From the sequence record DRR378314_1622: DNA of 35,684 bases, one strand, 5' to 3'. A model generated the notes under the pieces. That model saw nothing but the letters and a program-made list of their open reading frames with translations, was not told the origin of the DNA and made no database searches. Within the stretch, counting starts at the first letter, position 1. Every line of letters begins with the position of its first letter. Made by a program: the position numbers and the translations under genes. Below, in pieces: positions 25,551-34,715 of the stretch.

Positions 25551-26237
25551 ATGGTAGACCCAGTTCTTTTGATCACTGGCGCATCCTCAGGGATTGGCGC
25601 CGCGACGGCACGTGCGGCTGTGAAAGACGGATACCGTGTTGTGTTGGCCGCGCGTTCGGAAGACAGCCTTCAGCACCTGAAGGATGAACTCGGCAGTGAT
25701 CGGGCGATCAGCGTTCGGTGCGATGTCCAGAGCAATGACGACCAGAAGGCGATGGTTGAACAGGCTTTGAAAGCCTTCGGGCGAATCGATGCGGTGTTTG
25801 CCAACGCCGGTCGGGGTGGTTCACCGGGAGGCTTCAGTGGCGCCGACACGGAGGCGTGGAAAGATATGATCCTGACCAACATCTATGGCGTTGGGCTTAC
25901 CCTGCAACACTGTCTTCCGGCTCTCAAGGAAAGCCGGGGCCATTTGCTCATCACCGGCTCCGCCGCAGGCAGGGCGACGATTCCGGGGTCCATGTACAGC
26001 GCCACGAAGTGGGCCGTGTCTGCGATCGGTTACGGTGTGCGTGAAGAGCTACGAGGCAGCGGTGTTCGGGTCACGCTGATTGAGCCTGGAATGGTGGACA
26101 CGCCGTTCTTTGACGAGCCACCCAAGAGTGCACTTAAGCCAGATGACATTGCCAACGCAGTGGTTTACGCCCTGGCCCAACCAGCCCATGTGGATGTGAA
26201 CGAAATACTTGTGCGGCCCACGCCACCCATCGAATAG
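25551..26237 (+). CDS. Short-chain dehydrogenase/reductase (YdfG-like)
   Basis: TGASSGIG, ANAG, YSATK, IEPGMVDT and VDVNEILVRP motifs. Confidence 0.93.
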   Translation: MVDPVLLITGASSGIGAATARAAVKDGYRVVLAARSEDSLQHLKDELGSDRAISVRCDVQSNDDQKAMVEQALKAFGRIDAVFANAGRGGSPGGFSGADTEAWKDMILTNIYGVGLTLQHCLPALKESRGHLLITGSAAGRATIPGSMYSATKWAVSAIGYGVREELRGSGVRVTLIEPGMVDTPFFDEPPKSALKPDDIANAVVYALAQPAHVDVNEILVRPTPPIE

Positions 26238-26249
26238 AAGGCGGTTGGC

Positions 26250-26747
26250 TCAGCTGGCCGGCGACCAGAGGTTCTGCAACTGCCCCAGCAGCGAAGAGCC
26301 AACCCCTTGGTCCCCCAGGAAACCCATCACAACGGGGACAAACTGCTGAATCATGGCGCTGTCCATACCCAACGCTGAGAAGGCCGACTGTACGCCGTCC
26401 ATGGATGACACCTTGGAGAGTAGGCTTTCGCTGAGGCTGCTGCCGCCTCCCATTAAGCCGGAGAGGCCCGAGGCTTTGCTGGTCAGGCTGCTCATGGTGT
26501 CGGCACCGAGCTGGCTTTTTGCCAGCTGCAACAAGGCACTGGTGCCACCGACGGCCTGGGTTTCCGTAACGCCAAGCTGATTCTGGAGTTGGCCGACCAG
26601 TTGCTGGGCTTCACCACTGACTTCCGTCGCTGAGGAGAGTGCTTCGTTTCCGCCTGACAGAGCGTCATTCAGACTGAAGGCGTCAACGGTGGGTGCCAGA
26701 AGGTAGATACTTGAAACCAGGAGGAATTGCTTAAGGATAGCGTTCAT
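26250..26747 (-). CDS. DUF2780 family exported protein
   Basis: Signal peptide, L..QLGVT..QA.GG..ALL.LAK..L and AFSALGMD..MI.QFVP motifs. Confidence 0.85.
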   Translation of the reverse strand: MNAILKQFLLVSSIYLLAPTVDAFSLNDALSGGNEALSSATEVSGEAQQLVGQLQNQLGVTETQAVGGTSALLQLAKSQLGADTMSSLTSKASGLSGLMGGGSSLSESLLSKVSSMDGVQSAFSALGMDSAMIQQFVPVVMGFLGDQGVGSSLLGQLQNLWSPAS

Positions 26748-26874
26748 CGAGAGATCCTGAGGGGTGTTTGATTCCGGTTGCCCTCCTAATATGGGGGTAG
26801 CCGTGACGCAATAAAAGTGTCCGACACCAAGATGGACAACATTTCAGGATTGGTGCTGCTTGCCGCGATAAACC

Positions 26875-26900
26875 GGCGGAGGGCGCTGCAGCCCTCCGCC
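26875..26900 (-). terminator. Hairpin terminator after the GST gene
   Basis: GGCGGAGGGC-GCTGCA-GCCCTCCGCC, a perfect 10-bp stem 6 nt past the GST stop. Confidence 0.65.
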
Positions 26901-26906
26901 ATCTCC

Positions 26907-27575
26907 TCAGGCGAAATCGTATTTCCCGCCCTTCTCAAGTGCTGCCTGGTAGGCCGGCCTCGCGTGTACCCGTTCAACCCAGGCGTTAATGTGTGCCCGG
27001 TCCTGTCCGACGATGCCCCGCGCTACGGAAGCCTCCAGTGGAAAGCTCATCTGGATATCCGCCGCGCTGAGACTGTCGCCGAGAAACCAGGTATTCTTCG
27101 CCAGATGCTCTTCGACAAAGTCCAGATGGGTTTTGACCATCGGGCCGATAAAGGTTTCATTGGTTTTGTCGACAATGCCTTTTGCCACCGGCTTGGCGAA
27201 AAACGGCATCGGACTGGTTTTGACCTTCTGGAAAACCAGGCGCATCACCAGCGGTGGCATCAAAGAGCCTTCGGCGTAGTGCAGCCAGTAGGTATAGTCC
27301 AGCCACGCCTGGCCGCCGCTTTCAGGCAGCATGGTGTCTTTGCCGTAGGTATGAGCCAGGTATTCGATAATCGCGCCGGATTCCGCCACCACCAGGTCGC
27401 CGTCGGTAATCACTGGTGATTTACCCAATGGGTGTATCTTCTTTAGGCTTGCGGGTGCAAGCATGGTTTTGGGGTCGCGCTCGTAGCGCTGGATCTCATA
27501 GGGTACGCCCAGCTCTTCCAGCATCCAGAGAACGCGTTGTGAGCGGGAATTGTTAAGGTGGTGAACTGTAATCAT
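26907..27575 (-). CDS. Glutathione S-transferase (GTT1-like)
   Basis: MITVHHLNNSRSQRVLWMLEEL, HPLGKSPV, AESGAIIEYL and SAADIQMSFP. Start at ATG 27575 after GGAG. Confidence 0.95.
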   Translation of the reverse strand: MITVHHLNNSRSQRVLWMLEELGVPYEIQRYERDPKTMLAPASLKKIHPLGKSPVITDGDLVVAESGAIIEYLAHTYGKDTMLPESGGQAWLDYTYWLHYAEGSLMPPLVMRLVFQKVKTSPMPFFAKPVAKGIVDKTNETFIGPMVKTHLDFVEEHLAKNTWFLGDSLSAADIQMSFPLEASVARGIVGQDRAHINAWVERVHARPAYQAALEKGGKYDFA

Positions 27576-27865
27576 GCAGAGACTCCGTTTACGCCAAAAT
27601 AATGAGCAGGTTAGCAGTGTAGGCAGAAAATAGCTTTTTGGTTCACTACCATCCTCATTATTTACGAGCGTTTGCCAAGATGCGGCGGCGAGCCTATTCT
27701 GAAGGGGTCTCATCTGAGAAGAAAATCCTGCGGTATTTCTTTTTCATGGGCCCAGAGAGGGTGATGAAAATGCTCTGCCGATCTTCCCCTTGTTTGATCC
27801 TCCTTTCTGGTTTGATTCTAATTCGGCCTTATCGAATGCCATTTAACGAGTAGCAGGGTTGACTA

Positions 27866-28375
27866 ATGGACATAGTGGAAATTCTAAGTACCGGTGTCAG
27901 TGGCTTCGCATTCTTAATGTTATGGGTTGGCTTCCAGCTCACCAACCGCATTCAGGGAAAAATTCTTGATGTAAAGCTGAGTGATACGGATCCTGAGAAA
28001 TTGGAGCTATGGAGTAGGCTTGCAGAGAGGCAGGTTGTGAATACCAGATATTTTATGGCATTTTCTACAATTTTTTTATTTGCTGGGCTGACAGTTCTAA
28101 TGTATCGGCCGCCTGCGAATCTTATGTTGTCGATATCGCCTTCAGAGGGCCACTTGGCGCCAAAAATATATGCGCATAATATTTTGGTTGATTTAGAGGA
28201 CGGTCGTGGCTGGGCAAAACTAAAAGATGATCAGGCTCTTCAAATTGATAACAATCTTATATTTAGCGAGATAGTTGATCTGAGGGCAAAGCTCAGAGTT
28301 GCAATTGATAGTAATCGTGATCTGGCAGAACAAACTGCAAGTCATTCATCTGATGCCGGTTATGGTCTGGAATAG
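27866..28375 (+). CDS. Hypothetical 2-TM protein, AT-rich
   Basis: 169-aa ORF with two hydrophobic segments and a C-terminal amphipathic helix. Low GC. Confidence 0.7.
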   Translation: MDIVEILSTGVSGFAFLMLWVGFQLTNRIQGKILDVKLSDTDPEKLELWSRLAERQVVNTRYFMAFSTIFLFAGLTVLMYRPPANLMLSISPSEGHLAPKIYAHNILVDLEDGRGWAKLKDDQALQIDNNLIFSEIVDLRAKLRVAIDSNRDLAEQTASHSSDAGYGLE

Positions 28376-29253
28376 TGGGTGATGCCGTGAATCTAATATT
28401 TCTAAGAAAGGTTTTTCTGATTATAGTTGCCCTGGTTGTGTTTTTTCAGTCACAGCTGGCTGTTGGTGTGCGGTCTAGTACCGAAGAAATAGAGGATGTT
28501 GTTAAAAATGGAGACCTTGAGAGTGCCAGGGAGCTAATTCGAGAAAAGATTGGGCCTGGCGCGGATACCAATATCCAGGCAAGAACAGAGAACGTAATAG
28601 GATGGGTGAGCTTCACGATTGGCAAGTATGATGAGGCGGAGTTTCATCTAAAAGAGTCTCTTGGTGTTGCAGTGGAAAGCGGCGATACTGCTACAGCGAA
28701 GATAGCTGCCAATAACCTTGGTATTTTTTACTTCTCAAGGGATAGCCTTGATGAAGCTATGCATTACTTCTCTAGAGCCTATAACAAAGACACTCAGATA
28801 GCGATTCAGTATCGCGCTTTAATTGAGAAAAAGCGCAATGATTTGGTAGCAGTTTCGGCACTTGAGCGTGGTGTGCAGCAGCGTCTTAATAGAGATTTTG
28901 AGAGTGCGGTAGCCTCTTACAATACCTCTCTGGAGTATAAGCCAAATAATGATGAGGCTAATGAATATAAAGGCTATGCGTTTTTCAGGATGGGAAGGTA
29001 CGATGATGCTATTGAGGCATTGAATTTGTCTAAGAAAATTAACCCTGAGAGAAAATTTGTGCACCTGAATCTAGTCAAGGTTTATTGCTCAATGGGCGAT
29101 GAGAGCGGTGTTATAAAGACTATAAATGACTCTGGTGTTCCTGAGTCTCAATTTGCGGAATGGCGTGAAGTCGATAAAGAGTTTAATCGTGTTTGTGAAA
29201 GTAGCGAAGTGATTCAGGGCTTGGCCAAACAATCAGAAAGCGAAAGTAATTGA
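28375..29253 (+). CDS. Exported or membrane-anchored tetratricopeptide-repeat protein, AT-rich
   Basis: N-terminal hydrophobic segment. TPR-like helices (NVIGWV....GKYDEAE..L..SL, NNLG.FY....LDEA..YF, KGYAFFRMGRYDDAIEAL..S..INPE). TAGTG overlap with the upstream gene. Confidence 0.8.
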   Translation: MGDAVNLIFLRKVFLIIVALVVFFQSQLAVGVRSSTEEIEDVVKNGDLESARELIREKIGPGADTNIQARTENVIGWVSFTIGKYDEAEFHLKESLGVAVESGDTATAKIAANNLGIFYFSRDSLDEAMHYFSRAYNKDTQIAIQYRALIEKKRNDLVAVSALERGVQQRLNRDFESAVASYNTSLEYKPNNDEANEYKGYAFFRMGRYDDAIEALNLSKKINPERKFVHLNLVKVYCSMGDESGVIKTINDSGVPESQFAEWREVDKEFNRVCESSEVIQGLAKQSESESN

Positions 29254-29364
29254 GCAGGTTGAATTGTGCGACTTCTATTTATATCCATCTGAGCCGGGTC
29301 TGGCTGGAGTAAGAACGCCGCGTCGCCATACCATCAATCTCGGAAGAGGTGCTTTTAGATCATT

Positions 29365-29946
29365 ATGAAAAAACTCCTGAGCCAGCAATCCGAAAAAAAC
29401 ACAGAGAGCTTACGGGCTATTGCCCACATGCCAACGAAAAGCCTGTCAGTCCTTATGGATGATTCGTTTGTGCAAACACTCACCGATTCGGACTTCATGT
29501 GCATAGCAGTTTTGCTTGCGCAGAAGAGCTATGACGAGGGTGGTTGCCCAATTGGGGCCGTTATTATCGATAACGCGACCAGAAGGATCGTGGGAAAGGG
29601 ACACAACACGTTAGTTCAGGAAAACCACCCTTACAATCATGGTGAGACGGCAGCCATTCGAGACGCTGGCCGGATTGACTTCAGCCGTACGACGCTCTAT
29701 ACCAGCCTCAGCCCCTGCGAGGTGTGTGCAACGCTTGTTTATATGCGCGGCTTTGGCCGAGTGGTTGTGGGTGATGTGACCAACTCTTCCGGCACAGAAA
29801 CCCTTCTGAGAGAGAAGGGTGTGCACGTTGATATTCTCGAGAATGCTCGAGGTATTGAGCTGTATGCCCGCTTCCGATCAGAGAATCCCGAACAGGATCT
29901 GGAAGATTGGCAGGGTGTCAGTGCCGTGCACAAATCGAATGACTGA
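29365..29946 (+). CDS. Zn-dependent nucleoside/cytosine deaminase (CDA fold)
   Basis: EGGCPIGAV, GKGHN, HGE and TLYTSLSPCEVC motifs. Confidence 0.9.
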   Translation: MKKLLSQQSEKNTESLRAIAHMPTKSLSVLMDDSFVQTLTDSDFMCIAVLLAQKSYDEGGCPIGAVIIDNATRRIVGKGHNTLVQENHPYNHGETAAIRDAGRIDFSRTTLYTSLSPCEVCATLVYMRGFGRVVVGDVTNSSGTETLLREKGVHVDILENARGIELYARFRSENPEQDLEDWQGVSAVHKSND

Positions 29947-30046
29947 TGTGCCTGCTTCGGATAGAGGCAGGAATCCTTTCCCCTTTTGATTAACGATATT
30001 CAGTCCCCATAAACCAGAGAGTAATCCCTATAATCGGAGGTTAAGA

Positions 30047-30499
30047 ATGGCAGCAACGTCACTCAAGGAACAATTGAACAACGCCGTAAAAGAAGCTATG
30101 CGGAACAAGGATAAAACCCGGCTGGTCACCCTGCGCATGGCCCAGGCCGCTGTCAAACAGATTGAGATCGATGAGCGCCGTGAGTTGAGTGACGAGGACG
30201 TTCTGAAGGTGCTGGACAAGATGCTCAAGCAGCGTCGTGATGCCGCCAGCCAATACGATGAGGCTGGACGCGAGGAGCTTGGCGACAAAGAGCGGGCGGA
30301 GATGGTCATTATTGAGGAATTCATGCCCGCCGCCCTGACCGAGGATGACCTGGACGGACTGATCCGGCTGGCTATCAGCTCGACAGACGCCCAGGGCATG
30401 CAGGATATGGGGCGCGTGATGAACGAACTGCGCCCTCAGGTGCTGGGTCGGGTGGATATGGGCCACCTGAGCAAGAAGGTACGGACTGCGTTGGCGTGA
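30047..30499 (+). CDS. yqeY: GatB/YqeY domain protein
   Basis: LKEQL...KEAMRNKDK.RL.TLR, KQRRDA..QY..AGR.EL..KE..E and MQDMGRVM..L motifs. Confidence 0.95.
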   Translation: MAATSLKEQLNNAVKEAMRNKDKTRLVTLRMAQAAVKQIEIDERRELSDEDVLKVLDKMLKQRRDAASQYDEAGREELGDKERAEMVIIEEFMPAALTEDDLDGLIRLAISSTDAQGMQDMGRVMNELRPQVLGRVDMGHLSKKVRTALA

Positions 30500-30509
30500 C
30501 GATAGAGCC

Positions 30510-30953
30510 TTATGCCGGGGCTATCTTTTCAAGCGCAACGCGGATGGCCTCGGGAATGGGCGTAGCGGTGTTTTCGGCGCGGTCCACAAACACATGTACA
30601 AGCTGCCCGAAGGCTGCCGCGTCGGGCTCTCCCTCGCGGAAGATAGCCACGTCATAGGTTACCGACCTGTTGCCCAGTTTGCCCACACGCAGCCCGGCTT
30701 CAATGGCATCGGGGTAGGCGATGGGCTTCTTGAACTGGCAGCTCGAACTGACCATGAAGCCCACCACTGGCGCGTTGTGAATATCCAGCCCGCCCTCGTC
30801 AATGAGGTAGCGGTTGATGGCGGAATCAAAGTAGGAGTAGTAGGTTACGTTATTCACATGGCCGTAGATGTCGTTGTCCATCCACCGGGTGGTGATCGGG
30901 TAAAAAACCTGAAAATCCCTGCGTTCCAAAGCATTGCTCCCCATGTTACTCAT
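30510..30953 (-). CDS. Acyl-CoA thioesterase (4HBT hot-dog fold)
   Basis: TRWMDNDIYGHVNNVTYYSYFD motif. The start (30953 or 30944) is coupled to the ADH stop. Confidence 0.92.
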   Translation of the reverse strand: MSNMGSNALERRDFQVFYPITTRWMDNDIYGHVNNVTYYSYFDSAINRYLIDEGGLDIHNAPVVGFMVSSSCQFKKPIAYPDAIEAGLRVGKLGNRSVTYDVAIFREGEPDAAAFGQLVHVFVDRAENTATPIPEAIRVALEKIAPA

Positions 30954-32079
30954 CAAACAGAATCACTTGCCGGATCGCCTTGCCGGCGGCCAGTGTTTCA
31001 AAGCCTTCGTTGATCTGCTCCAGCCGCAGTGTGGCGCTTAGCAGTTTGTCCACCGGCAGCTTACCTTGACGGAACAGGCTGACGTAGCGAGCGACATCGC
31101 GCACCGGCACGCAACTGCCTACGTAACTGCCTTTCAGCGTGCGCTCTTCCGCTACCAGGCTGACCTGCTGGATAGACACCTTCTTTTCTGGATGGGCCAG
31201 GCCACCGGTCACGGTGGTGCCGCCCCGGCGGGTAATCTGGTAGGCGAACTCCAGAGCCTTTTCCGAGCCTGCCATTTCGATGGCACAGTCGACGCCGCCA
31301 TGGGTGAGTGACTTAATGGTGTTTACGCAGTCGTCTTCAGCAGAACTGAAGGCATGGCTTGCGCCCAGTTCTTTTGCCAGGGCGAGTTTGCTCTCATCCA
31401 GATCAATCGCAATGACCTCGCCAGCGCCAGCGACCAGAGCACCCAGAACGCTGTTCAGGCCAACGCCGCCGAGCCCGACCACGGCAACAGTTTGCCCCGC
31501 TTTGATGTTGGCGGAATTGATGGCCGCACCCACACCCGTCAGGACGGCGCAGCCAAACAGGGCCGCATGATGAAAGGGCAGGGGCGCATCGACTTTCACC
31601 AGCGAATCACGCGACACCACGGCATGATCGGCAAACGCCGACACGCCGAGGTGATGGTTGATGGGGGTGCCGTCAGCACGGTGCAGGCGATGCTCGCCGC
31701 TGACAAGGGTGCCCGCGTTGTTGGTTTTCGCTGCCGGCTCGCATAATGCTGGTCGGCCTTCAGCACAGGGCGCGCAGTGACCGCAGCTGGGCACAAAGAC
31801 TGTGACCACATGGTCCCCCGGCTCCAGGTCCCGCACGCCATTGCCTACCGCTTTCACAACCCCGGCCGCCTCGTGGCCCAGTGCCATGGGCACCGGGCGT
31901 GGTCGGTTGCCGTCGATTACCGACAGGTCGGAGTGGCAGAGCCCCGCGGCCTTGATCTGCACAAGTACCTCGTTGTCGGCAGGCGAATCAAGTTCCAGAT
32001 CTTCGATAACGAGGGGGCGGGTGTCTTGATAAGGGCGCTGGGCGCCGATGGACTGTAAGACGGCTGCACGGATCTTCAT
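30946..32079 (-). CDS. Zinc-dependent alcohol dehydrogenase (class III-like MDR)
   Basis: GLCHSD, GHEAAG, CGHCAPC......LC, LFGCAVLTG and GLGGVG motifs. Confidence 0.95.
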   Translation of the reverse strand: MKIRAAVLQSIGAQRPYQDTRPLVIEDLELDSPADNEVLVQIKAAGLCHSDLSVIDGNRPRPVPMALGHEAAGVVKAVGNGVRDLEPGDHVVTVFVPSCGHCAPCAEGRPALCEPAAKTNNAGTLVSGEHRLHRADGTPINHHLGVSAFADHAVVSRDSLVKVDAPLPFHHAALFGCAVLTGVGAAINSANIKAGQTVAVVGLGGVGLNSVLGALVAGAGEVIAIDLDESKLALAKELGASHAFSSAEDDCVNTIKSLTHGGVDCAIEMAGSEKALEFAYQITRRGGTTVTGGLAHPEKKVSIQQVSLVAEERTLKGSYVGSCVPVRDVARYVSLFRQGKLPVDKLLSATLRLEQINEGFETLAAGKAIRQVILFDE

Positions 32080-32327
32080 GGACGTATTCCCCGGTTGGTT
32101 TTTTCTTGGGCTAGGTGCACGTTACTAAGATTCCGAGTCGTTAGGAAGTTGCGTTGACAGAAAGCAGGCTCTCCTACCGGCCAGAGTATGACTTCGTCAT
32201 CCTGCGCTGCGGAAACCTGTTCAGAAACGATGGTTTTGCCTACTCTATTAGCTAGTTAATAGTCTGCTGACAAGTGATACTCGTATCCATTGCACTGTCT
32301 GACTCATGGCAAAGGGGCCTGGTTTCA

Positions 32328-33641
32328 ATGTTTGGAAAAAAACTTCGCGAAGAAAACGCAGCGCTTAAAGAAGAGCTGTATATGATCAATCAACTTACCG
32401 AGGAAATTGCTCAGGAAACCATGGTGCTGACGTTGGACGCTGACGCGAAGATCACGTCCTGTAATGCACCCTTTCAGGAGGAATTTGGCCCGATAGATTC
32501 GATGGTGGGTGTGCATGCGAAGAATCTGGTGCCGGAGTTTTACCGCAATACCGAGCATTACAAGCAACTGACGTCAGCACTTGGCGCGGGAAAAATCTGG
32601 AGCGGCGCCTGGCAGGCCCAGAACGCGAGCGGTGAGCATTTTTGGCTGCGGGTTTTGGTGTGTCCCATCCGGAAGTCCAGTGGGGATCTGAATCATTTTA
32701 CGCTAGTGATCAAAAACCTCACGAGGACGATCGAGTCCTCCAAGGAGTATGAAAATCTGATTCAGGCCATGCAGCGATCCACGGCAATCATTGAATTTGA
32801 TATGGATGGCCACGTGTTGGATGCCAACGCGTTGTTTCTGGATGCTGTCGGCTATTCCCTGGATGAGATCAAAGGGCGCCACCATAAAATATTCTGCCCA
32901 CCAGAGGTGTTGGAGTCGTCGGACTATCAGCAGTTCTGGGCGCGACTTCGGAAAGGTGAGTTTGAGGCGGACCGATTTCGGCGTATTGATAAACACGGGC
33001 ATGAAGTCTGGCTGGAAGCCTCTTATAACCCGCTGATGAACTCTCGGAACCAGTACTACAAAGTGGTGAAGTTTGCCACGGTCATCACCGATCAGGTTCA
33101 TCAGGAACGAGAAGTGGCGAACGCTGCGGGTGTCGCTTTTGAAACCTCAAAAGATACGGATGCCAGCGCTTTGCGAGGTATTCAGGTAATGGAAAACACG
33201 GCTGCAGTCATGCAGACGCTCTCGGATCGGATGAACGAGGCGGTCGCGAGTATGGGGAAACTTGATGCGCAGTCGCAGACGATTTCCACGATCATCGGGA
33301 GCATCAGTGGCATTGCGGACCAGACAAATTTGCTGGCACTGAACGCGGCCATTGAGGCGGCAAGGGCTGGGGAGCAAGGCCGCGGCTTTGCGGTGGTGGC
33401 CGATGAGGTAAGGCAGTTGGCCTCAAGAACGTCGCAGTCGACGGCTGAGATTGTGGGTGTGGTTGAAGAAAATCAGGCTTTGACGTCCCAGGCGGTATCC
33501 ACTATCGAGTCGGGCAAAGCCAAAGCGGAGGAGGTTCGGGCATTGGTGCATGAAGCCAACGACGTGATTCGTGAAATTCAGGAAGCCTCGCGCCAGGTCG
33601 TGGACGCCGTTTCGCAGTTCTCGAACCGGTTTGATGGCTAG
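32328..33641 (+). CDS. Soluble methyl-accepting chemotaxis protein with two PAS domains (BdlA-like)
   Basis: No TM helix. Two PAS/PAC segments ([15 protein letters not shown]...[23 protein letters not shown]). [34 protein letters not shown] signalling hairpin. Confidence 0.94.
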   Translation: MFGKKLREENAALKEELYMINQLTEEIAQETMVLTLDADAKITSCNAPFQEEFGPIDSMVGVHAKNLVPEFYRNTEHYKQLTSALGAGKIWSGAWQAQNASGEHFWLRVLVCPIRKSSGDLNHFTLVIKNLTRTIESSKEYENLIQAMQRSTAIIEFDMDGHVLDANALFLDAVGYSLDEIKGRHHKIFCPPEVLESSDYQQFWARLRKGEFEADRFRRIDKHGHEVWLEASYNPLMNSRNQYYKVVKFATVITDQVHQEREVANAAGVAFETSKDTDASALRGIQVMENTAAVMQTLSDRMNEAVASMGKLDAQSQTISTIIGSISGIADQTNLLALNAAIEAARAGEQGRGFAVVADEVRQLASRTSQSTAEIVGVVEENQALTSQAVSTIESGKAKAEEVRALVHEANDVIREIQEASRQVVDAVSQFSNRFDG

Positions 33642-33774
33642 ATTATGGGTTCTTATGGGCAACGATATTTCAGTGTTGTAGGGGCCGTATCTGTTCACAG
33701 CGGCTTGAATTATAGTTGCCGCGCACTCACCTATAGGGAACAGTAACGCCAATCAGCGAAGCAGGAGATCCGCC

Positions 33775-34413
33775 ATGCATGTGTTTATTGCAGGAGCCAA
33801 TGGCCAAATCGGGCAACACCTGTTGCGGGAAATGGCAGACAGCGACCATGAGGCCAGGGCTTTGATCCGCCATCCGGATCAGGGGCCGGAACTTCAGCAA
33901 CTGGGCGCGACGGAAACCGTGCTGGGTGATCTGGAGCAGGACTGCAGCGAGGCCATGAAGGGCTGTGATGTGGTTGTTTTCACTGCTGGCTCAGGCCCCC
34001 ACACAGGGCCGGATAAAACCATCGATGTGGACCAGGACGGCGCCATACGTCTGGTGGATACCGCCAAGGCGATGGGGATAAAGCGGTTTATCATGGTGAG
34101 CAGTATGCGGGCGGAGGAACCGGAAAAGGGACCGGAAAAGCTCCGCCATTACCTTCAAGCCAAACACAACGCTGACGAGCACCTGAAGAACAGCGGCCTG
34201 AATTACACCATCGTTCGTCCAGGGCAACTGACCAACGATGAGGGCGTTGGCAAGGTTGCAATAAGTACGAGGCTGGAGGAATTCGGTAAAATTCCACGGC
34301 AGGACGTTGCCCGCGTGCTGCTGGCAGTGTTGGATTCGAGCAATACAGATAATCGCGTGTTTGATGTGGTGTCTGGAGATACGCGTGTGCCCGACGCGCT
34401 GGCGAAACTGTAA
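33775..34413 (+). CDS. NAD(P)H-binding atypical SDR (YhfK-like)
   Basis: IAGANGQIG, FTAGSG, VDQDGA, RFIMVSS, Y..AK, IVRPG.LT and IPRQDVA motifs. Confidence 0.92.
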   Translation: MHVFIAGANGQIGQHLLREMADSDHEARALIRHPDQGPELQQLGATETVLGDLEQDCSEAMKGCDVVVFTAGSGPHTGPDKTIDVDQDGAIRLVDTAKAMGIKRFIMVSSMRAEEPEKGPEKLRHYLQAKHNADEHLKNSGLNYTIVRPGQLTNDEGVGKVAISTRLEEFGKIPRQDVARVLLAVLDSSNTDNRVFDVVSGDTRVPDALAKL

Positions 34414-34715
34414 CACCCGCCAGGCCCGCTAGTTTGCCCGGCCGCATTGTGGCATGTGTCGGGCATGTTGACTGAATTTCATCGCCCTCCCGCAGAAGCC
34501 ATCCTCATTTTTGTGCCCTCGGACAGACGTGCGCGTTTTCTCCGTCCAGGTTTTTAGGTGTGATCACCAATCATTAGACATTAGTTGTAACTTAGGTGAA
34601 CTTTGGTTGCTTAATTGTCCGACCTCTGGAAGGTTAGAGTTGTGGGGACATCTGAACAAAAAATAATCAGTGGTGTTCTGCGACGAAAAAACAAGAACAA
34701 TTTCGGGAGAAGCAC

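Noticed and set aside
27866-29946. TM + TPR + deaminase as a three-gene anti-phage nucleotide-depletion system
   Set aside because: The deaminase is 111 nt downstream, appears less AT-rich, resembles Fcy1-type salvage enzymes, and lacks the kinase-like domain of defensive dCTP deaminases.
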